From an uncultured Parachlamydiaceae bacterium (GTDB lineage Bacteria > Chlamydiota > Chlamydiia > Chlamydiales > Parachlamydiaceae), in NCBI GenBank assembly GCA_963752155.1, contig CAVVXH010000015.1, forward strand, positions 1 through 64,000: 64,000 nucleotides of DNA. Reading direction: 5' to 3'. The position numbers and the translations under genes are program-made. This document shows, in pieces, positions 1-9,068 of the stretch; within the stretch, counting starts at the first letter, position 1, and each line of letters begins with the position of its first letter. The notes below the pieces were generated by a model. That model was not told the origin of the DNA and made no database searches. It was given only the letters and a program-made list of their open reading frames with translations.

Positions 1-2
1 TT

Positions 3-581
3 ATCAAAGATTGTTCAAAAGAATTGAATCAAATGACTGACATGTTAATGAAATTACAAGAATTAGAATTGCTGATTAATAAGCGAGAAGATCTCGACCG
101 AGCATTCGACTCTGTGCACATTTCCTTGGACTCAAAAGAAAGATTTATAAGAACTATAGAAGAAAAGATCAATAAGGTCAGGTTGATCTATGGAGCAGAT
201 GATTGGAATAGACGTATTGAATTTTTGGCTGGTCGTTTAACTAATAAATCTGAGTATTTCCGCCATTATCTTCTGACTGAAGAAGATGCTAAAAAGCTAC
301 ACGAAGCAGAGGCATTAACTTTAGCTTTTAATATACTACAAGCTCCATTTTTAGATATGAGTCGTACAAGGGAATGGCTTATTTCAAATTCTTCTAGAGA
401 GTTAAGTTCATTCTTTCTTGATGTTCCGAGTGAGACTTTTACCATTTTTGATCCAAAATTCACATTTTTTGATGTAGAAGATTTAAAAGGAACATTTAAA
501 ATTCATCATGGAAAAGTAAATCAAGCTCTCATGGCAGCCACTTTGCTATTTAAGTATAAAATTGGATCAACAGGAAGATAA
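3..581 (+). CDS. Tandem GTPase paralog copy 1 (C-terminal part only; gene begins upstream of window)
   Basis: Frame is open from the window edge (IKDCSKELNQM...) and aligns with the last ~190 aa of the downstream paralogs, ending GKVNQALMAATLLFKYKI. Confidence 0.9.
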   Translation: MKDCSKELNQMTDMLMKLQELELLINKREDLDRAFDSVHISLDSKERFIRTIEEKINKVRLIYGADDWNRRIEFLAGRLTNKSEYFRHYLLTEEDAKKLHEAEALTLAFNILQAPFLDMSRTREWLISNSSRELSSFFLDVPSETFTIFDPKFTFFDVEDLKGTFKIHHGKVNQALMAATLLFKYKIGSTGR

Positions 582-591
582 AAGGAACTTT

Positions 592-3396
592 ATGGAACCA
601 ATTACTCAATATAGTATGCCTATACAGCAAGATTGCTGTTCTAGAAAAATTAAAAAATCGTTGGAGCCTTTATCCAATAGTGGAGAAGGGGTGAAAATCA
701 TCCAAGAAATCTTGATGAGGGATCTTCTTTGCCTGCACGATGTTGATCAGATAGATAAGACCTATCAACAAATATGCCTACTTGAAAGACAAGTAGAGCA
801 CATGCCAAAATGTAATACTCAACATGCTCTTAATAGTATTAACGAAAAGGTGACTTTTTGTGTGAAGGATTTCGGTAAAGATCCAGTTAAAGCCGCGAAA
901 AGCTTGATTTCGTTGTATTATTTGAAGAATTTTTCCTACAAAGATTTATCTCTCGAAAATGTCGTTTACGCATTACTTCGTGGATCGAAATGTGATGCGC
1001 GAATAATGACATGGGTTGCTCGTTACCTTCCTACATGTGGTTCAGAAGCAAAGCTTGATGAAGATATTAAATTTCTAATGAAATCTTATTCAAGTGATCA
1101 GGTAACAAAAATTTTGAATCAAAAGAAAGAGACAATACAACTCATTGACGCTAAAAAACGAGAACTAGAGAATTGGAGAGAAGGTGACCCAAAAGATTTT
1201 CCCGTCTATTTTGATGAATTGCTAGAGGATGCATGCTTTCATCTCTATGATCACATCATGGAGATGCGAAAATGGAATACCCGTAATGATCGGCAAGCTG
1301 CAATTGAGAAAAAGTCCTTTTCTCTACTCTCCCATATTGTAATTGAGACCAAACAAGCGATCATCAGGAAGATAGAAAGCTCTATCCCTAATAAATATCC
1401 CAATATTTTATTTCTATTAGGTGGTTCTGGAGCAGGTAAATCCACTACTTTCTGTTTTCTTCGCGGAGATGAAATGGTTTTGAAAGGTTTCCACTATGAA
1501 TCGAGAAAGGATAAAAATTCTCTTATCGGCCATGAACAAGCCACCTCTTGTACATTTCTGCCTACGGTTGAATTAATCAATGATTGGTTGATTGTAGATT
1601 TTCCGGGATTTGATGATAGTAATGGACCCTTTATCTCTTTGGGAATGGAATGTGCTCTAAAAGCACTGATCAGAAAACATCGACCTAAAGTTTTGATCAT
1701 TGAGTCGATCACAAATACAGAAGGTAGATTTGCAGCGGCCGCCCATCTGGGATCTCGTTTGAAACGTTTGCTGGACAAGAAAGAGGAGTGTGTATTAGGC
1801 ATTACAAAATATTCTAAGGATCCCGATTTTGGAAGAATTAGAGCCATAGAAGAGCAACAAAAAAGAGAACGATCGCTTCCAACACCTGAAGAGAATCAAC
1901 TCACAACAGAAATTAACTTGCTTTCTTCTCTAAATCAAGAAAGTTTTCAACCCATGATAAGACAAAAACAACAGCGACTTGAAGAGATACAAGAAGAAAA
2001 AGCACGGCAGCACCAAGTTCCATTGCCTGAAAATGATGAAAAAATCAACAGTAAGAAAAATCTCCAGGAAAGAGAAAATGAACTATTAAAACAAATTGGA
2101 TTAGCAAAAATTATCCGATTTGATGATTTACAAAACTCTGCGTGTTTACCTTCCTATTTTGCAGATCTCTCTCAAGGAAAAGCTCTTAACGCAAATCCCG
2201 AACATCCTTTGGATCCAGATCATGAAAAATTAATAGATCATCTATTTGAAAATAATCTGTTGGATGAATTGAAAAGGGTGAGGTATGGTGATTTTGAATT
2301 CGAGAATTTTGAACAGAGCGTGAAAGAGTCCAGCTTAATCAGCACACTTTTTTCTCAATCCCATCCAGAAATTGGAACGTTTCTCCATTTGCCAGAAATC
2401 GATCGCCGCATTGTACAAAATTATGACAAAAAAATTGTAGGAGAATGTCTCGACAAATACAAGAGATCGGTGATTCTTAATCTCGATATCTCTCTTATCA
2501 AAGTCGCACTAAAGGAAATGATAGGAATAGCAGATCCAATGTCAATTTTAGATCTTCAAAACAAATTTACTAAATTGGAAAAATATGTGATGGGCTTATT
2601 AGGAGTTGAACTGAGTGGAGATGAAAACACTGAAGAGATTGAAGCAAAATGGATTGAAAAACGAAAAGATATCGCAGCTGCTATTTCAGCCGTAGAAAAA
2701 GACTATACTTTACCTGATTGGGTAAATGTTTTGATCTCAATTCCACTTGGAATACCTAAAGGGATTCATACATTAGTTAAATGGTACGCACAAAAACAAG
2801 TGGAGAAAAAAACTATCAAAAAAATTATCAAAGATTGTTCAAAAGAATTGAATCAAATGACTGACATGTTAATGAAATTACAAGAATTAGAATTGCTCAT
2901 TAAAAAGCGAGATGATCTCGACCAAGCATTCGACTCTGTGCACATTTCTTTGGACTCAATAGAAACATTTAAAAGAACTATAGAAGAAAAGATAAATAAG
3001 GTCAGGTTGATCTATGGAGGAGATGATTGGGATAGACGTATTGAATTTTTGGCTGACAGTCTAACCAATAAATCTAAATATTTCTATTCTTGTCAGTTTG
3101 AAAGTGTGATTAAAATACTAAACGAAGCAGATATATTAATTTTAGCTTTTAATATACTAGAAGCTCCATCTGTAGATATGAGTGATGCAAGGTATATGCT
3201 TATGTTCAATTCTTCTAGAGAGTTAAGTTCATTCATAACCGATGTTTCAAGTGCTTCTAACTTTCTTTATCCAACATCCTCACTTTTTGATGATGGTTTA
3301 AAAACGGAATTTGAAGTTTATCGTGGAAAAGTAAATCAAGCTCTCATGGCAGCCACTTTGCTACTTAAGTATAAAATTAGATCAGCCGGAAGATAA
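592..3396 (+). CDS. Large P-loop GTPase (TRAFAC-like), array copy 2, ~934 aa
   Basis: G1 GGSGAGKST, candidate G2 TSCT, G3 DFPG, G4-like ITKY. Coiled coils and a hydrophobic segment WVNVLISIPLGIPKG follow. Start placed at ATG 592 (MEPITQY) after the AAGGA RBS, matching other copies. Confidence 0.85.
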   Translation: MEPITQYSMPIQQDCCSRKIKKSLEPLSNSGEGVKIIQEILMRDLLCLHDVDQIDKTYQQICLLERQVEHMPKCNTQHALNSINEKVTFCVKDFGKDPVKAAKSLISLYYLKNFSYKDLSLENVVYALLRGSKCDARIMTWVARYLPTCGSEAKLDEDIKFLMKSYSSDQVTKILNQKKETIQLIDAKKRELENWREGDPKDFPVYFDELLEDACFHLYDHIMEMRKWNTRNDRQAAIEKKSFSLLSHIVIETKQAIIRKIESSIPNKYPNILFLLGGSGAGKSTTFCFLRGDEMVLKGFHYESRKDKNSLIGHEQATSCTFLPTVELINDWLIVDFPGFDDSNGPFISLGMECALKALIRKHRPKVLIIESITNTEGRFAAAAHLGSRLKRLLDKKEECVLGITKYSKDPDFGRIRAIEEQQKRERSLPTPEENQLTTEINLLSSLNQESFQPMIRQKQQRLEEIQEEKARQHQVPLPENDEKINSKKNLQERENELLKQIGLAKIIRFDDLQNSACLPSYFADLSQGKALNANPEHPLDPDHEKLIDHLFENNLLDELKRVRYGDFEFENFEQSVKESSLISTLFSQSHPEIGTFLHLPEIDRRIVQNYDKKIVGECLDKYKRSVILNLDISLIKVALKEMIGIADPMSILDLQNKFTKLEKYVMGLLGVELSGDENTEEIEAKWIEKRKDIAAAISAVEKDYTLPDWVNVLISIPLGIPKGIHTLVKWYAQKQVEKKTIKKIIKDCSKELNQMTDMLMKLQELELLIKKRDDLDQAFDSVHISLDSIETFKRTIEEKINKVRLIYGGDDWDRRIEFLADSLTNKSKYFYSCQFESVIKILNEADILILAFNILEAPSVDMSDARYMLMFNSSRELSSFITDVSSASNFLYPTSSLFDDGLKTEFEVYRGKVNQALMAATLLLKYKIRSAGR

Positions 3397-3406
3397 AAGG
3401 AACTTT

Positions 3407-6235
3407 ATGGAACCAATTACTCAGTATAGTATACCGATACAGCAAGATTGCTGTCCTAGAAATAAAAAATCGTTGGAGCCTTTATCCAATAGTGAAGAAG
3501 GGGTGAAAATCATCCAAGAAATCTTGATGAGGGATCTTCTTTGCCTGCACGATGTTGATCAGATAGATAAGATCTGCCAACAAATAAACCTACTTGAAAG
3601 ACAAATAGAGCACATCCCAAAGTCTAATACTCAACATGTTCTTAATAGTATTAACGAAAGGGTGATTTTTTGTGTGAAGGATTTCGGTAAAGATCCAGTT
3701 AAAGACGCTAAAAGCTTGATTTCGTTGTATTATTTGAAGAATTTTTCCTACAAAAATTTATCTATCGAGAATGACTTTCACAGTATATTTGGCAAATCGA
3801 AAAGTGATTCGGAAATAATGACATGGGTTGCTCATTACCTTCCTATATGTGGTTCAGAAGCAAAGCTTGATGAAGATATTAAATTTCTAATGAACTCTTA
3901 TTTAAGTGATGACGAGGTGACAGAAATTTTGAATCAAAAAAAAGAGACAATACAAATCATTGAACCTAAAAGACTAGAACTAGAGAATTGGAGAAAAAGT
4001 AATAACCCAAAAGATTTTCCCGATTATTTTGATGAATTACTAGAAGGGACATACTTTCATCTCTATGATCACCTCATTGAAATGCGAAAATGGAGTACAC
4101 GTAATGATCGGCAAGCTGCAATCGAGAAAAAGTCCTTTTCTCTACTCTCTCATGTTGTAATCGAGACCAAGGAAGCGATCATTAGGAAGATAGAAAGCTA
4201 TATTGAAAAGATGGAAAGCTATATTCCTAATAATTATCCCAATATTTTATTTCTATTAGGTGGTTCTGGAGCAGGTAAATCCACTACTTTCTGTTTTCTT
4301 CGCGGAGATGAAATGATTTTGAAAGATTTCCACTATGAATCGAGAAAGGATAAAAATTCTCTTATCGGCCATGAGCAAGCAACCTCTTGTACATTTCTGC
4401 CTACGGTTGAACTAATCAATGATTGGTTGATTGTAGATTTTCCTGGTTTTGATGATAGCAATGGCCCCTTTATCTCTTTGGGAATGGAATGTGCTCTAAA
4501 AGAACTTATCAGAAGACATCGACCTAAAGTTTTGATCATTGAGTCGATCACAAATACAGAAGGTAGATTTGCAGCGGCAGCCCATCTGGGATCTCGTTTG
4601 AAACGTTTGCTGCGCAAGAAAGAGGAGTGTATATTAGGCATTACAAAATATTCTAAGGATTCCGATTTTGGGAAAATTAGAGCAATAGAAGAGCAACAAA
4701 AAAGGGAGCGATCGCTTCCAACACCAGAAGAAATTCAACTCACAGCAGAAATTAACTTGCTTTCTTCTCTGAATCAAGAAAGTTTGCAACCAATGATACA
4801 ACAAAAACAACAACAACTTGAGAAGATACAAAATGAAAAAGCGAGACAGCAGCAACTTCCATTACCTGAAAATGATGAAAAAATCAAAAGTAAGAAAAAT
4901 CTCCAGGAAAGAGAAAATGAACTATTAAAACAGATTGGATTAGCAAAAATTATCCGATTTGACGATTTACATGATTCTGCGTGTTTACCTTCCTATTTTG
5001 CAGATCTTTCTCAAGGAAATGCTCTTAACGCAAATCGCGAAAACCCTTTGGATCCAGATCATGAAAAATTAATAGATCATCTATTTGTAAATGATCTGTT
5101 GGATGAAATGAAAAGGTTGAAGTATGGTGATTTTAAATTCAAGAATTTTGGACAGAGGGTGAAAGAGTCCAGCTTAATTAGCACACTATTTTCTCAATCC
5201 CATCCAGAAATTGGAACGTTTCTCCATTTGAAAGAAATCGATCCTCGCATTGTACGAAATTATGACATAAAAATTGTAGGAGAATGCCTCGACAAATACA
5301 AGAGATCGGTAATTCTTAATCTCGATATCTCTTTTATGAAAGTCGCACTAAAGGAAATGAAAGGAATAGCAGATCCAATGGTAGTTTTAGATCTTCAAAA
5401 CAAATTTACTAAATTGGAAAAATATGTGATGGGCTTATTAGGAGTTGAACTGAATGGAAATGAAAACACTGAAGAGATTGACGCAAAATGGATTGAGAAA
5501 CGAAAAGATATCGCAGCTGCTGTTTCAGCTGTAGAAAGAAAGTATACTTTACCTGATTGGGTCAATGTTTTGATCACAATTCCACTTGGAATACCTAAAG
5601 CGATTCATACATTAGTTAAATGGCGCGCACAAAAACAAGTGGAGAAAGAAACTATCGAGAAAATTATTAAAGATTGTTCAAAAGAATTAAATCAAATGTA
5701 TGTCATGTTAATGAAATTACAAGAAGTAGAGTTGGTGATTAAAAAGCGAGAAGATCTCGACCAGGCATTCGAATCTGTGCATATTTCTTTGGTCTCAATA
5801 GAAACATTTATAGGAACTATAGAAGAAAAGATCAATAAGGTCAGGTTGATCTATGGAGCAGAAGATTGGGATAGACGCATTGAATTTTTGGCTGGTATTT
5901 TAACTACATCTAAACGTATCAATCGTTTTTTTGATAATTTAGAAGAGGCTAAAAAGCTAAACAAAGCAGAGACATTAACTTTAGTTTTTAATATACTAGA
6001 AAATCCATTAAATAAAATGATTCATGTAAGAAGACAGCTTATTTTAGACTCTTGTCCAGAGTTAAGTTCATTCATTCAGGATGGTTCGAGAAAGCCTTCC
6101 AACCTTCTCAATTTAAAAGCCACGTATTCCATTTTCTTAAAACATAAATTTAACTTTGATCATGGAAAAGTAAATCAAGCTCTCGTGGCAGCAGCTTTGC
6201 TATTTAAGTATAAAATTGAATCAACGGGAAGGTAA
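3407..6235 (+). CDS. Large P-loop GTPase, array copy 3, 942 aa
   Basis: Same motifs as copy 2; 10-nt spacer aaggaacttt after the previous stop; small 7-aa duplication (RKIESYI/EKMESYI). Confidence 0.85.
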   Translation: MEPITQYSIPIQQDCCPRNKKSLEPLSNSEEGVKIIQEILMRDLLCLHDVDQIDKICQQINLLERQIEHIPKSNTQHVLNSINERVIFCVKDFGKDPVKDAKSLISLYYLKNFSYKNLSIENDFHSIFGKSKSDSEIMTWVAHYLPICGSEAKLDEDIKFLMNSYLSDDEVTEILNQKKETIQIIEPKRLELENWRKSNNPKDFPDYFDELLEGTYFHLYDHLIEMRKWSTRNDRQAAIEKKSFSLLSHVVIETKEAIIRKIESYIEKMESYIPNNYPNILFLLGGSGAGKSTTFCFLRGDEMILKDFHYESRKDKNSLIGHEQATSCTFLPTVELINDWLIVDFPGFDDSNGPFISLGMECALKELIRRHRPKVLIIESITNTEGRFAAAAHLGSRLKRLLRKKEECILGITKYSKDSDFGKIRAIEEQQKRERSLPTPEEIQLTAEINLLSSLNQESLQPMIQQKQQQLEKIQNEKARQQQLPLPENDEKIKSKKNLQERENELLKQIGLAKIIRFDDLHDSACLPSYFADLSQGNALNANRENPLDPDHEKLIDHLFVNDLLDEMKRLKYGDFKFKNFGQRVKESSLISTLFSQSHPEIGTFLHLKEIDPRIVRNYDIKIVGECLDKYKRSVILNLDISFMKVALKEMKGIADPMVVLDLQNKFTKLEKYVMGLLGVELNGNENTEEIDAKWIEKRKDIAAAVSAVERKYTLPDWVNVLITIPLGIPKAIHTLVKWRAQKQVEKETIEKIIKDCSKELNQMYVMLMKLQEVELVIKKREDLDQAFESVHISLVSIETFIGTIEEKINKVRLIYGAEDWDRRIEFLAGILTTSKRINRFFDNLEEAKKLNKAETLTLVFNILENPLNKMIHVRRQLILDSCPELSSFIQDGSRKPSNLLNLKATYSIFLKHKFNFDHGKVNQALVAAALLFKYKIESTGR

Positions 6236-6245
6236 AGGGAATTTT

Positions 6246-9068
6246 ATGGAACCAATTATGCCGATACAGCAAGATTGCTTTTCTAGAAATAAAAAATCGT
6301 GGGTGCCTTTTTCCAATATTGAAGAAGGGGTGAAAATCATCCAAGAAATCTTGATGAGAGACCTTCTTTGCCTCCACGATGTTGATCAGATGGATAAGAT
6401 CTGTCAACAAATAAACCTACTTGAAAGACAAATAGAGCACGTCCCTAAGTCTAATACTCAACATGTTCTTAATAGTATTAACGAAAGGGTGATTTCTTGT
6501 GTGAAGGATTTCGGTAAAGATCCAGCTAAAGACGCGAAAAGCTTGATTTCGTTGTATTATTTGAAGAATTTTTCCTACAAAAATTTATTTATTGAGAATG
6601 ACTTTCACAGTTTATTTTGTGAATCGAAAAATAATCCGCAAATTATGACAAATATTGCTCTTTACCTTCCTACATGTGGCTCAGAAGCAAATCTTGATGA
6701 AGATATTAAATTTCTAATGAGCTCTTATTCAAGTGATCAAGTAACAAAAATTTTGAATCAAAAGAAAGAGACAATACGAATCATTGAAGCAAAAAAACTA
6801 GAACTAGAGAATTGGAGAAAAAGTAACCCAAAAGATTTTCCCGTCTATTTTGATGAATTACTAGAAGGAGCATGCTTTCATCTCTATGATCACATCATTG
6901 AGATGCGAAAATGGAGCACCCGTAATGATCGGCAAGCTGCAATCGAGAAAAAGTCTTTTTCTCTACTCTCCCATATTGTAATTGAGACCAAACAAGCGAT
7001 CATTGAGAAGATAGAAAGCTCTATTCCTAATAATTGTCCTAACATTTTATTTTTATTAGGTGGCTCTGGAGCAGGTAAATCCACTACTTTCTGTTTTCTT
7101 CGCGGAGATGAAATGATTTTGAAAGATTTCCACTATGAATCGAGAAAAGATAAAAATTCTCTTATCGGCCATGAGCAAGCAACCTCTTGTAAATTTCTGC
7201 CTACGGTTGAATTAATCAATGATTGGTTGATTGTAGATTTTCCTGGTTTTGATGATAGTAATGGCCCCTTTATCTCTTTGGGAATGGAATGTGCTCTGAA
7301 AGCACTTATCTCAAGACATAAACCTAAAGTTTTGATCATTGAATCGATCACCAATATAGAGGGTAGATTTGCAGCGGCAGCCCAACTGGGATCTCGTTTG
7401 AAACGTTTGCTGGACAAGAAAGAGGAGTGTGTATTAGGCATTACAAAATATTCTAGGGACCCAGATGTTGGGAAAATTAGAGCAATAGAGGAGCAACAAA
7501 AAAGAGAGCGATCGCTTCCAACACCAGAAGAAAATCAACTCACAACAGAAATTAACTTGCTTTCTTCTCTAAATCAAGAAAGTTTTCAACCAATGATAAG
7601 ACAAAAACAACAGCGACTTCAGGAGATACAAGAAGAAAAAGCGCGGCAGCACCAAGTTCCATTGCTGGAAAATGATGAGAAGGTCGAGAGTAGGAAAAAT
7701 CTCCAGGACAGAGAAAATGAACTATTAAAACAGATTGGATTAACAAAAATTATCCGATTTGATGATTTACAAAACTCTGCGTGTTTACCTTCCTATTTTG
7801 CAGATCTCTCTCAAGGAAAAGCTCTTAACGCGAATCCTGAACATCCTTTGGATCCAGATCATGAAAAATTAATAGATCATTTATTTGAAAATAATCTGTT
7901 GGATGAATTGAAAAGGGTGAAGTATGGTGATTTTAAATTCGAGAATTTTGAACAGAGCGTGAAAGAGTCCAGCTTAATCAGCACACTTTTTTCTCAATCC
8001 CATCCAGAAATTGGAACGTTTCTCCATTTGCCAGAAATCGATCGCCGCATTGTACGAAATTATGACAAAAAAATTGTAGGAGAATGTCTCGAAAAATACA
8101 AGAGATCGGTGATTCTCAATCTCGATATCTCTCTTATCAAAGTCGCACTAAAGGAAATGAAAGAAATAGCAGATCCGATGGAAATTTCAAAGCTTCACAG
8201 CCAATTTACTAAATTGGAAAGATATGTAATGGGCTTATTAGGAGTTGAACTGAATGGAAATGAAAACACTGAGGAGATTGAAGTAAAATGGATTGAGAAA
8301 CGAAAAGATATCGCAGCTGCGGTTTCAACTGTAGAAAAAGAGTATACTTTACCTAATTGGGTAAATGTCTTGATCACAATTCCACTTGGAATACCTAAAG
8401 GAATTCATACATTAGTTAAATGGTACGCACAAAAACAAGTGGAGAAAAAAACTATCAAAGAAATTATCAAAGATTGTTCAAAAGAATTGAATCAAATGTA
8501 TCATATGTTAATGAAATTACAAGAATTAGAATTGCTGATTAAAAAGCGAGAAGATCTCGACCAAGCATTCGACTCTGTGCACATTTCTTTGGACTCATTA
8601 GAAACATTTAAAAGAACTATAGAAGAAAAGATCAATAAGGTCAGGTTGATCTATGGAGGAGATGATTGGGATAGACGTATTGAATTTTTGGCTGACAGTC
8701 TTAATAAATTTAAATATATCAGTCCTCTTTTTCAGACCGAAAGAATGATTAAAATGAACGAAGCAGATACATTAACTTTAGCTTTTAATATACTAGAAGC
8801 TCCATCTGTAGATATGAATAGTGCAAGGGAAATGCTTATTTTAATTTCTTCTAGAGAGTTAAGTTCATTCATGATCGATGTTTCAAGTAAGGCTTTTACC
8901 TATCTTAATCCAAATTTCAAATATTTTGATGCAGCATTAAAAATGAAATTTAAAATTCATCATGGAAAAGTAAATCAAGCTCTCATGGCAGCCACTTTGC
9001 TACTTAAGTATAAAATTGGATCAATCGGAAAACAAAAGGAAATTTATGGAACCAATTACTCAATATAA
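6246..9068 (+). CDS. Large P-loop GTPase, array copy 4
   Basis: Same motifs; ATG at 6246. The ancestral stop TAA appears changed to CAA, so the ORF runs into the start of copy 5. Confidence 0.85.
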   Translation: MEPIMPIQQDCFSRNKKSWVPFSNIEEGVKIIQEILMRDLLCLHDVDQMDKICQQINLLERQIEHVPKSNTQHVLNSINERVISCVKDFGKDPAKDAKSLISLYYLKNFSYKNLFIENDFHSLFCESKNNPQIMTNIALYLPTCGSEANLDEDIKFLMSSYSSDQVTKILNQKKETIRIIEAKKLELENWRKSNPKDFPVYFDELLEGACFHLYDHIIEMRKWSTRNDRQAAIEKKSFSLLSHIVIETKQAIIEKIESSIPNNCPNILFLLGGSGAGKSTTFCFLRGDEMILKDFHYESRKDKNSLIGHEQATSCKFLPTVELINDWLIVDFPGFDDSNGPFISLGMECALKALISRHKPKVLIIESITNIEGRFAAAAQLGSRLKRLLDKKEECVLGITKYSRDPDVGKIRAIEEQQKRERSLPTPEENQLTTEINLLSSLNQESFQPMIRQKQQRLQEIQEEKARQHQVPLLENDEKVESRKNLQDRENELLKQIGLTKIIRFDDLQNSACLPSYFADLSQGKALNANPEHPLDPDHEKLIDHLFENNLLDELKRVKYGDFKFENFEQSVKESSLISTLFSQSHPEIGTFLHLPEIDRRIVRNYDKKIVGECLEKYKRSVILNLDISLIKVALKEMKEIADPMEISKLHSQFTKLERYVMGLLGVELNGNENTEEIEVKWIEKRKDIAAAVSTVEKEYTLPNWVNVLITIPLGIPKGIHTLVKWYAQKQVEKKTIKEIIKDCSKELNQMYHMLMKLQELELLIKKREDLDQAFDSVHISLDSLETFKRTIEEKINKVRLIYGGDDWDRRIEFLADSLNKFKYISPLFQTERMIKMNEADTLTLAFNILEAPSVDMNSAREMLILISSRELSSFMIDVSSKAFTYLNPNFKYFDAALKMKFKIHHGKVNQALMAATLLLKYKIGSIGKQKEIYGTNYSI

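Noticed and set aside
562..591. Longer N-termini in the ORF track (562, 6216, 9016, 19955, 54943, 56382, 59342, 63109)
   Set aside because: Downstream ATGs fit better: most have RBS motifs and agree with paralog or family starts.
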